Source of the DNA: a virus
IMG/VR virus record: IMGVR_UViG_3300045988_067234
Span: 1-43,132 of that record
Direction: 5' to 3' (one strand)
Length of the DNA: 43,132 nt
Part shown: positions 1 through 7,116 of the stretch, piece after piece
How the letters are laid out: every line of letters begins with the position of its first letter
How positions within the stretch are numbered: position 1 is the stretch's first letter
The notes under the pieces: model-generated
The model's input: only the letters and a program-made list of their open reading frames with translations
Told to the model about the DNA's origin: nothing
Databases searched by the model: none
Position numbers and translations under genes: made by a program

Positions 1-78
1 CATGACAACAGCTCCGTCTGGGCGGATGGCAACAGCTCCATCTATACGTATGACAACAGCTCCGTCTGGGCGCATGGC
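1..78. repeat. Terminal overlap, identical to 43055-43132
   Basis: The first 78 nt (catgacaacagctccgtctgggcggatggc...tctgggcgcatggc) equal the last 78 nt of the window. Confidence 0.9.
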
Positions 79-222
79 AACAGCTCCGTCTGGGCGCATG
101 GCAACAGCTCCGTCGAGGCGCATGACAACAGCTCCGTCTGGGCGAAGGGCAACAGCTCCGTCTGGGCGGATGGCAACAGCTCCGTCGTGGCGAAGGGCAA
201 CAGCCAAGTTGTTGACGCGCAT
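1..222 (+). repeat. 24-nt tandem coding repeats (continuation of 42947-43132)
   Basis: Near-identical 24-nt units encode x-(D/G)-N-S-S-(V/I)-x-(A/T), decaying by about nt 222. Confidence 0.85.
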
Positions 223-678
223 AGACGAGGCAACATAAAGGTCTCCGGCAACGCCCGCATTGTGTACAACCCCGACAATATCACCGATTGGGCGTCGGCA
301 AACGGTATCACCATAACCGACGGCAAAATCAGACTGTATAAGGCCGTACATAAACGCGATGGCAAATACGTTGCCGATTGGGATAACGATTTTATATACA
401 CCATCGGCGCGGTCGCCGAGGCAAATGGGTTCACCACCGACCCCGAGAAAGATTGCGGGCGGGGAATACACATGGCGACGCTGGGGTGGTCTGCTGCGTA
501 TGGGCGAGACTGGGACGATATAGCGCTGCTGGAGCTTGAGGCCGACGCAGACGAGATAGTCGTGCCGCTGTATAAAACCGGCAAAGTCCGCGCCCCGAAA
601 GCGCTGGTTATCCGCGAGGTACCGCTGGAAGAGGCGGGCATTATGGGCAAGATTCTGGCGAAGAGGAGGGCGAAATGA
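1..678 (+). CDS. Octapeptide-repeat protein, C-terminal part (N-terminal part is 42821-43132; nt 1-78 duplicate the window end)
   Basis: Frame 1 is open from nt 1 (HDNSSVWADGNSSIYTYDNSSVWAHG...) to the TGA at 676-678. It has the same frame and repeat as the ORF leaving the 3' end. A non-repetitive C-terminal domain follows (DGKIRLYKAVHKRDGKYVADW...CGRGIHMATL). Confidence 0.75.
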   Translation, partial: HDNSSVWADGNSSIYTYDNSSVWAHGNSSVWAHGNSSVEAHDNSSVWAKGNSSVWADGNSSVVAKGNSQVVDAHRRGNIKVSGNARIVYNPDNITDWASANGITITDGKIRLYKAVHKRDGKYVADWDNDFIYTIGAVAEANGFTTDPEKDCGRGIHMATLGWSAAYGRDWDDIALLELEADADEIVVPLYKTGKVRAPKALVIREVPLEEAGIMGKILAKRRAK

Positions 679-1325
679 AGGTACTAATAGCCTGCGAGGA
701 GTCGCAGAGAGTGTGCATCGCGTTTAGGGGGCGTGGGCATGAGGCGTACAGCTGCGATATACAGGACTGCTCCGGCGGTCATCCAGAATGGCATATCAAG
801 GGTGACGCGCTCGAAGCCATACGGGGCGGAACTATCACCACCTGCGACGGAGAGCGCCATGATATCGGCAAATGGGACTTGCTGATTGCGCATCCGCCCT
901 GCACTTATCTATCAAACGCCGGCGCGTGCAGGTTGTACCCTCACAAAGGGCAGTTGGATCTGGAGAGATACCGCAAGGGGCTTGCAGCGAAAGCGTTTTT
1001 CTTGGCGTTCCTCAACGCCGACATTCCGCGTGTCGCAGTCGAGAACCCCGTATCATCGAAGATTTTTGATATGCCGGAGCACACACAAGAAATCCAACCG
1101 TACCAGTTCGGGCACCCATACACTAAGAAAACGCGCCTGTGGCTCCGCAATCTGCCGCCGCTAACGCCGACGAACGTTACGGAGCCGGTAGCGCCCTATG
1201 TGCCGTCGGGCACCGGGCGCAAGGACAAGAGCAAATACGGCGCGGCGCGACGCGGAGCGGATGCAAAAGAACGCTCGAAAACATTCCCCGGCATAGCTGA
1301 GGCGATGGCTGCACAGTGGGGGTAA
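675..1325 (+). CDS. C5-cytosine DNA methyltransferase-like protein, atypical (no canonical FxGxG motif I)
   Basis: ATGA start/stop overlap with the upstream gene. Motifs IAHPPCTYLS (PC catalytic-type) and VENPVSS (ENV-type) are present. The N-terminus reads VLIACEESQ. Confidence 0.5.
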   Translation: MKVLIACEESQRVCIAFRGRGHEAYSCDIQDCSGGHPEWHIKGDALEAIRGGTITTCDGERHDIGKWDLLIAHPPCTYLSNAGACRLYPHKGQLDLERYRKGLAAKAFFLAFLNADIPRVAVENPVSSKIFDMPEHTQEIQPYQFGHPYTKKTRLWLRNLPPLTPTNVTEPVAPYVPSGTGRKDKSKYGAARRGADAKERSKTFPGIAEAMAAQWG

Positions 1326-1355
1326 TTTAAACGCGAAAGCGAGAAAGGATAATTT

Positions 1356-1643
1356 ATGAATTACGATAACCTGCAAAATGCTAAAACCTGTGTACCCTGC
1401 GATGAGATGGGTGCTCGGCCTATTCGTGAGCCGCTCACGGGCGTGATGGATCAGGCCAACAATATGGCAGACGAAATTCTGGCGCAGGTGAGCCGCGTGA
1501 AAGCCCTCCTGATTGCCGAGAGTAATCCCGACGAGGAAAAAGATTCTCCTCGGTGCTTCCGCGATGCTGTCAGTCTTCAGGTTTCGACGCTTAGGAAAAT
1601 CGAGACCGAGCTAGTTGAGATCATGCAGGCGTTGGGGGTGTGA
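1356..1643 (+). CDS. Hypothetical protein
   Basis: ORF with an upstream GAAAGGA RBS, co-oriented in the operon. Confidence 0.55.
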   Translation: MNYDNLQNAKTCVPCDEMGARPIREPLTGVMDQANNMADEILAQVSRVKALLIAESNPDEEKDSPRCFRDAVSLQVSTLRKIETELVEIMQALGV

Positions 1644-1852
1644 GTGGCTTGATGGACTGCTTCAATCATTCTTGCCCATTCCGCAGCAACGAAACCAGCA
1701 ACGTGCAGCGTTGCGAGTGTTTGGCTTGCCCAAACAGATGCGGCCGGAGTGTACTGATATCGTCTGACCGCACCTTGACCGACGATGAGCTTGCAAGGAT
1801 TAATACAGAACGGGCTAACGACGCCGACTACGGTGTTGGTATTTACTGCTAA
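1640..1852 (+). CDS. Hypothetical Cys-rich protein
   Basis: GTGA overlap with the upstream stop; several CxxC-like cysteines. Confidence 0.45.
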   Translation: MSGLMDCFNHSCPFRSNETSNVQRCECLACPNRCGRSVLISSDRTLTDDELARINTERANDADYGVGIYC

Positions 1853-1862
1853 GGAGGGCTAA

Positions 1863-2228
1863 ATGGCTGATTGCATAAGCCGCGAATGGGTGCTGAAAAC
1901 ACTTGAAGAACATAAAAACATCAAAACGTGGAATACAGACGTCTGCGATGCTGATACAGTCTTGCGGGTGCTGCAAGTGATCGAGAATGTCGTGAACAGA
2001 GCTCCGGACATTAGCCCGAGACAGTACAGCAACAAGATTTTGGCCGCGAAAAATGCAGCGCTGGAGTTCCAGCTTAAGCACTTAAAAAGACAGCGACAGC
2101 ACGATGATGAGAACTACGTTATAGCCGAAAGCGTTGGCAATGTCATGCCTATGGGATTCTACAAAGGTAGGGTTCAGGTTGAGGAGCAAATAATCGACTG
2201 GCTGGAAAGGATGGTGCGGAATGGCTGA
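1863..2228 (+). CDS. Hypothetical protein
   Basis: TAAGGAGGG RBS 5 nt upstream of the ATG. Confidence 0.6.
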   Translation: MADCISREWVLKTLEEHKNIKTWNTDVCDADTVLRVLQVIENVVNRAPDISPRQYSNKILAAKNAALEFQLKHLKRQRQHDDENYVIAESVGNVMPMGFYKGRVQVEEQIIDWLERMVRNG

Positions 2229-2613
2229 ATACATTGAGCGCGAAGAATACTGCGAAAAGCACTGCCGGTGCAGTAACGAGTATTGCGACAAAGAAAGTTG
2301 CCCTATTTGGAAAGCTCCCGCCGTCGACGTTGCGCCGGTGGGCTGGATCAGCGTCAAAGACAAGCTGCCGGAGCCAGAGCAAGACGTCCTAGTTATAGCG
2401 CACGGCTGGAGTGGCAGGCTGCTGTATATCGGAAGCTACCAGAGGATGGAAGCAGAAACATCATGGCTTACGGGAGTGACAAGCAAAGCGTCGGATTGGT
2501 TGCTCTGGGGGTGGAGTTATCTAAGGGAGCCAGAAGTCACGCACTGGATGCCGCTCCCCGAACCACCGACGAGCGCGAGAATGGACGGAGGTGCTGACAA
2601 TGAGACTGATTGA
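2221..2613 (+). CDS. DUF551-like phage protein
   Basis: Overlapping start; central WISVKDKLPEPEQDVLV motif is typical of DUF551 (recognised from memory). Confidence 0.5.
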   Translation: MAEYIEREEYCEKHCRCSNEYCDKESCPIWKAPAVDVAPVGWISVKDKLPEPEQDVLVIAHGWSGRLLYIGSYQRMEAETSWLTGVTSKASDWLLWGWSYLREPEVTHWMPLPEPPTSARMDGGADNETD

Positions 2614-2905
2614 TGCGGATGCGCTCCCAAAACTGTTAGATGCCGAATATAAACAAACGATGAAACTGATACGGGAAGGGGAAAAGCACCTTGACACTTT
2701 AGCCGAGGGGTTTGCGGAGGCCAGCCACATAGCGAAATATATTGCCCCCACCGTGAATGCAGTGCCGGTGGTACGCTGCGAGGATTGCAAGTATGGCGAG
2801 TTTGTCCCGTGGTGCTCTAAATACTCCTGCCGCAAGGTCGAGGGTTTCCTGAATTTTTACAATTTTTATTGCAAGGATGGTATAAGAAAGGAGGATGCGG
2901 AGTGA
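2600..2905 (+). CDS. Hypothetical protein
   Basis: ATG at 2600 is preceded by GGACGGAGGTG. The product begins MRLIDADALPK. The GTG at 2591 is less likely. Confidence 0.5.
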   Translation: MRLIDADALPKLLDAEYKQTMKLIREGEKHLDTLAEGFAEASHIAKYIAPTVNAVPVVRCEDCKYGEFVPWCSKYSCRKVEGFLNFYNFYCKDGIRKEDAE

Positions 2906-3069
2906 GTGAAAAACGAGAAAAGAGGCGCCGCTACAATCTGCGGCTCGATTTTATCGCGCAGTTTTACAAGTGGCTCGATAGTGAGCCGCCGCGCTGGAAG
3001 CTTGTAAGTTGGCGCAGATGGAGAGATAGCCGACCAACAATGCGCCGTGAGGTGGAAACCGATGTTTGA
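2902..3069 (+). CDS. Hypothetical small basic protein
   Basis: GTG at 2902 (GTGA overlap) follows an AAAGGAGG RBS; the upstream ATG at 2869 lacks an RBS. Confidence 0.4.
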   Translation: MSEKREKRRRYNLRLDFIAQFYKWLDSEPPRWKLVSWRRWRDSRPTMRREVETDV

Positions 3070-3333
3070 CTGGATTATTAAGGAGAGTGACACATGATAC
3101 ATTAGGACAAGTTTTATGATGATTGCCCGTTGCCGGACGCGGAACCGGCGCATAAAAAAGAAAAGGAGATATGAAAAATGGCTGAAAGCAAAAATCTTAG
3201 CAAGCATTGCGAGCGGTGGCAAAGACATACGCAAGTAAACCGCGACTATGGCGAATGCAGACGCTTTTCGCTAACAACGAAAAATGACGATTTTTGCAGC
3301 CGCGGAGAAAGGCGGGGTTGACATCTGCTCGAA

Positions 3334-3765
3334 GTGATTTTTTGGATAATAATCCCCGCAATTCCTATAATTATCCTCGCTGCCAGGTACTACCTAACGC
3401 CAGATGAAGATAACGACAGCTGTCAACCCACAATGGCGTTTTCTCGCTTTCGCAAATTCTATGATTTAGCGCCGGAAAGGTTTGAGTTATTCTACAGCAG
3501 CTTTATATATAACACCCGTTCTGGACACATAGCATTCTATTTCCCGACGCTGGCAGACACTCGCAGATATCAACATTGGCGAAAACACACCGAAGCAAAT
3601 ATTCGCGAGCGTGAAAAGAACAAGCGCGACGCCATTGCTTTGCAAGCGTTCTGCGAGGACATGGAACAAGTAATTCGCGCGAAGCGGGAGGAAGCAATTG
3701 CAACTGCGAAAGCAGAGCAGGACAAGATAATGCAACGGCTTGAAGAAGAAAGGAGAAACACATGA
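3334..3765 (+). CDS. Hypothetical protein with N-terminal transmembrane helix
   Basis: ORF-track start at 3334. N-terminus IFWIIIPAIPIIILAA, then a charged coiled-coil-like C-terminus. Confidence 0.5.
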   Translation: MIFWIIIPAIPIIILAARYYLTPDEDNDSCQPTMAFSRFRKFYDLAPERFELFYSSFIYNTRSGHIAFYFPTLADTRRYQHWRKHTEANIREREKNKRDAIALQAFCEDMEQVIRAKREEAIATAKAEQDKIMQRLEEERRNT

Positions 3766-4052
3766 AAATTTACAAAGAAATCAAAGAGATAGCCAAGTAC
3801 ATAACAAAAATAAACCGCATGGTCGAAAAACTGCAAGACGAAGGTTTTGATATTGAAGGGATAGAATGGTTTACCGCTCAGCTCGTCGCGCTCGACAAGG
3901 AGGACATAGAAAACTTTAAGTACACCAACGGCGTGACGGAAGATTATTTCGTATCGCAGTCCTGCGGCTATCTCGGTGACGACTATAGCGGGCACTTATA
4001 TTTCAAAACCAACGTTCCGGGGCAGTATGTGAGAGTCTACTTTGAGTGTTGA
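3762..4052 (+). CDS. Hypothetical protein
   Basis: ATGA overlap with the upstream gene; GAAAGGAGAAACACATG initiation region. Confidence 0.55.
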   Translation: MKIYKEIKEIAKYITKINRMVEKLQDEGFDIEGIEWFTAQLVALDKEDIENFKYTNGVTEDYFVSQSCGYLGDDYSGHLYFKTNVPGQYVRVYFEC

Positions 4053-4064
4053 AAGGAGAAACAC

Positions 4065-4166
4065 ATGATACATTGGCTATGGGCGCTCGCGGCGTTTATC
4101 CTCGGCGGCTCGCTTGGCACCTTGATAATGGCCGTCATTATCGGAGGGAGCCTCGGCGATGACTGA
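4065..4166 (+). CDS. Small hydrophobic peptide (33 aa, MIHWLWALAAFILGGSLGTLIMAVIIGGSLGDD)
   Basis: Same GAAAGGAGAAACACATG initiation region as at 3750. One predicted TM helix. Overlaps the next ATG. Confidence 0.4.
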   Translation: MIHWLWALAAFILGGSLGTLIMAVIIGGSLGDD

Positions 4167-4779
4167 CGAAGAATACACATTTCGCGCCGACTGCGCAGAG
4201 AAAAAACGTGTGGCGAGAGGAAGCGCCAACAGGCGCAGCCACGTGGGAAGAGGCGGCAGAATGAAAACGCCGTCGGACTATATGACGAAGAAGGAGCGGG
4301 ACAAAATGAACGGTGAAGTGAAGCGTTACAGCATGGCGCACCCGATGAAGTGGGCGCAATTCAAGCAGATGCCAGATGATATCAAGCGCGAATATATCGC
4401 ATCAATTATGGATAAGTTTAACCCCACGCAGGCCGCGGTCGCGGAGATGTTGGGAGTAACTCAGCGCACGCTTAGTAGCCTGTACACGGCGTTGGGCATC
4501 CCATCCCCGCGTGGCTGCCGGAGCGCGTCCGGAAGGAACGATGCGTTCTGGGCATGGGCAAACGCCGCAACTACAGCAGAGCCGACGGACGCGGCGGAAA
4601 AGCCTGAAGGGAAAACCGAGCAGAAGCCGCAGGGGGGGGGAACGGGCACCCTAATAAGCGGCACGCTAGTGTTTTCGGGCGCCTCCGCGCAAGACGCATT
4701 CGCTGCGGCATATGCCCTGCTCGCGACAGTCTCAATGCGCAGAGTGGTTATATCGTGGGAAGCAGCAGCCGAACAATAA
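4159..4779 (+). CDS. Hypothetical HTH-containing protein upstream of the packaging genes
   Basis: The segment NPTQAAVAEMLGVTQRTLSSLY looks like a helix-turn-helix. Contains a G9 run at 4632-4640. Confidence 0.5.
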   Translation: MTDEEYTFRADCAEKKRVARGSANRRSHVGRGGRMKTPSDYMTKKERDKMNGEVKRYSMAHPMKWAQFKQMPDDIKREYIASIMDKFNPTQAAVAEMLGVTQRTLSSLYTALGIPSPRGCRSASGRNDAFWAWANAATTAEPTDAAEKPEGKTEQKPQGGGTGTLISGTLVFSGASAQDAFAAAYALLATVSMRRVVISWEAAAEQ

Positions 4780-4809
4780 TAGCAAGAGTGTGATACAGGA
4801 GGTGCAGCG

Positions 4810-5034
4810 ATGGAATCTTGGCGGGCGGCGGACATAAAATGCCCGTACTACAAAAACTGCGACGACAGCAGGCGGCTTATAATCTGCGAGGGCATCATGG
4901 ATCGGACGACCCTGAGCACGAAGTTCCGCCGCAGGAAGGACATGGCGAACCACATAGCGACGAACTGCGAGCAGATCGCGTCTCCATGCGTTATACGCAA
5001 ACTGAACGACAAGAAATACGAAAACTTGGGGTGA
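4810..5034 (+). CDS. Hypothetical Cys-rich protein
   Basis: CAGGAGG RBS upstream; followed directly by an intrinsic terminator. Confidence 0.5.
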   Translation: MESWRAADIKCPYYKNCDDSRRLIICEGIMDRTTLSTKFRRRKDMANHIATNCEQIASPCVIRKLNDKKYENLG

Positions 5035-5052
5035 AAGCCCCAAGTTTTTTTG
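5024..5052 (+). terminator. Rho-independent terminator
   Basis: Stem ACTTGGGG/CCCCAAGT with loop TGAAAG, followed by a T8 run. Confidence 0.8.
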
Positions 5053-5057
5053 TTTTA

Positions 5058-5091
5058 GGGTTAGAGAAAGGGCGGGCGGATTTAGTAAAAT
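5058..5091 (+). promoter_or_regulatory. Conserved late-promoter-like element, copy 1
   Basis: GGGTTAGAGAAA-N8-GGATTT-N2-TA..TAAAAT. A second copy at 22356-22389 has identical spacing, and both follow a terminator. Confidence 0.5.
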
Positions 5092-5111
5092 AAGCAGGAG
5101 GAGGTGAGCCG

Positions 5112-5597
5112 ATGGGAAAGAAGTCACCGAACTGGATAAAAATCGAAAAAGAATACGTGACGACCGAGGCGAGCCTCCGCCAGCTGGCGGCAAAGTACGG
5201 CGTGGGCATGAGTTCCATGAACCGGCGCTCACGCGAGCGCGGCTGGGTGGCCAAGCGCAAGGCGCACGAGAACGCGGTAGCGGACAAGGTGGGCGCACGA
5301 CTCGCCTCGACGGAAGCTGACGAACAGTCAGACAGGGCTCTGCGGGTAATGCAGGTATCAGACAAGCTGCTTGACCTCTGCGAAAAGATGTGCGACATGG
5401 AGGACATAGCCCCGCGCGATCTGCGGAGCCTGACGGCGGCGCTGATGGATATAAAGGAGATACAGATGATCAAGTCGGCTCTTGATATACGAGAGCAACA
5501 GGCGCGAATCAAGAATCTTGAGAAAGCGGCAAGCCCTGAAGCCGAGGACACCGGCGAGACCGGCGTGATCATCCTGCCGGAGGTGCTGCATGGCTGA
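5112..5597 (+). CDS. terS: Terminase small subunit
   Basis: Lies immediately upstream of, and overlapping, the large terminase. N-terminal HTH-like EASLRQLAAKYGVGMSSMNRRSRERGW. Confidence 0.7.
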   Translation: MGKKSPNWIKIEKEYVTTEASLRQLAAKYGVGMSSMNRRSRERGWVAKRKAHENAVADKVGARLASTEADEQSDRALRVMQVSDKLLDLCEKMCDMEDIAPRDLRSLTAALMDIKEIQMIKSALDIREQQARIKNLEKAASPEAEDTGETGVIILPEVLHG

Positions 5598-7065
5598 GGT
5601 GATATGGACGCCGCAGGAAAAGCAGATCGCCTTTATGGAGCGGCCGGAGTATGAGGCCTTATACGGCGGAGCGGCGGGCGGCGGCAAGAGCGACGCGCTG
5701 CTCGTCGAAGCGCTGCGGCAGGTGGACAACCCCGACTACCGCGGACTAATCCTGCGAAAGACGTACCCGCAGCTGGCGGAGCTGATAGACCGCAGCATGG
5801 CGATATACCCGCTGGCTTTTCCGCGGGCAAAGTACAACGACAGCAAACACGTCTGGATGTTCCCCTCGGGCGCGAAGATATATTTCGGCTCGATGCAGCA
5901 CAGCAAGGACAAGATAAACTACCAGGGCAAGCGCTACGACTTTATAGGCTTTGACGAGCTGACGCATTTTACGTGGGAGGAGTACAGCTACATGTTCTCC
6001 CGCAACCGTCCGAGCCGGAAGCCGAGGAGCACGAAGAAAACCCGCGTATACATACGCGCAACGACAAACCCCGGCGGCATCGGCCACGGCTGGGTGAAGG
6101 ACAGGTTCATCGACGCCGCTCCCCCTCTGACTCCGATGACCGAGAAGGTGGAGATAACGACGCCGGAGGGCAAGCTCATCGAGATGCACCGGGACAGGAT
6201 ATTCGTGCCGGCGACGGTATTTGACAACAAGGCGCTGCTGGAGGCTGACCCTGAATATCTGGCGACGCTGGCACTGCTCCCCGAAAAGGAGCGCGAGGCG
6301 CTGCTGTACGGCAAATGGGACACCTTTGAGGGGCAGTACTTCACGGAGTTCCGCGCCTCGCCAGACGTGGGGAAGTGCGCGGCGGCGGGGATAAGTGTGG
6401 AGGACGCGAAAGCCGAAAGGCGCTTTACGCACGTTATACCGGCCTTTGATATCTCGCACGGCGAGAGCCGCGGCTGGCGAATATACCGGAGCTACGACTG
6501 GGGCTATGCCAAGCCCTTCTCCTGCGCGTGGTGGGCTGTGGACTATGACGGAACGATATACAGGATCATGGAGCTGTACGGCTGCACGCGGACGCCGAAC
6601 GAGGGCGTGAAGTGGTCGAACGAAGAGCAGTTTGCCAAGATCGCGGAGATAGAGAGGACGCACCCGTGGCTCAAGGGCAAGAAAATACAGGGCGTGGCTG
6701 ACCCGTCGATATGGGCAAACAAGGGCGGCGTGAGCATTGCAGAGACTGCGATAAAGTATGGGATATACTTCGACCCCGGCGACAATGAGCGCATACCAGG
6801 CTGGATGCAGTGCCACTACCGGCTGCAGTTTGACGAGCGCGGATATCCGAGGATGTATGTATTCGACACGTGCAAGGCGTTTATACGCACGATCCCCCTG
6901 CTGATGTACAGCCAGACGCACGTTGAGGACGTGGACAGCGACATGGAGGATCATGTGGCCGACGAGTGGAGATATTTTTGCATGTCGCGCCCGATAAAGC
7001 CGATGCGGCCGGTCGAGCAGCCAAACATCATAAACGACCCGCTCAACCAATATAAAAAAAGATGA
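5590..7065 (+). CDS. terL: Terminase large subunit
   Basis: Walker A YGGAAGGGKSDA near the N-terminus; 491 aa; position before the portal gene. Confidence 0.9.
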   Translation: MAEVIWTPQEKQIAFMERPEYEALYGGAAGGGKSDALLVEALRQVDNPDYRGLILRKTYPQLAELIDRSMAIYPLAFPRAKYNDSKHVWMFPSGAKIYFGSMQHSKDKINYQGKRYDFIGFDELTHFTWEEYSYMFSRNRPSRKPRSTKKTRVYIRATTNPGGIGHGWVKDRFIDAAPPLTPMTEKVEITTPEGKLIEMHRDRIFVPATVFDNKALLEADPEYLATLALLPEKEREALLYGKWDTFEGQYFTEFRASPDVGKCAAAGISVEDAKAERRFTHVIPAFDISHGESRGWRIYRSYDWGYAKPFSCAWWAVDYDGTIYRIMELYGCTRTPNEGVKWSNEEQFAKIAEIERTHPWLKGKKIQGVADPSIWANKGGVSIAETAIKYGIYFDPGDNERIPGWMQCHYRLQFDERGYPRMYVFDTCKAFIRTIPLLMYSQTHVEDVDSDMEDHVADEWRYFCMSRPIKPMRPVEQPNIINDPLNQYKKR

Positions 7066-7116
7066 CGCCTTTCGGCATCATCTTCATTTGTACAAAAATG
7101 GCAAGGAGGCCGTTGA

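Noticed and set aside
2-238. ORF MTTAPSGRMATAPS... in frame 2 across the tandem repeats, and the minus-strand ORFs 42-650 and 42806-43129.
   Set aside because: These are alternative-frame readings of the 24-nt repeat array. Frame 1 is continuous with the ORF leaving the 3' end and leads into a well-formed C-terminal domain.
3081-3238. Mini-ORF ATGATACATTAG (3094-3105), which shares the AAGGAGA..CACATGATACATT initiation region with the 4065 gene, and a 40-aa ORF at 3116-3238.
   Set aside because: The first encodes only three codons and is probably a remnant duplication of an initiation region. The second lacks an RBS. Neither can be supported as a gene.
5746-7050. Long minus-strand ORFs opposite clearly coding plus-strand genes. 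Examples: 5746-7050, 7732-8892, 11704-12837, 14131-15600, 20239-21855, 22386-23240, 23849-24742, 27918-28928, 40786-42300.
   Set aside because: These are shadow ORFs typical of GC-rich coding DNA. They are R/A/L/V-rich, lack RBSs, and each lies antisense to a gene with recognisable motifs (TerL, portal, giant protein, capsid, endolysin, DnaC-like).
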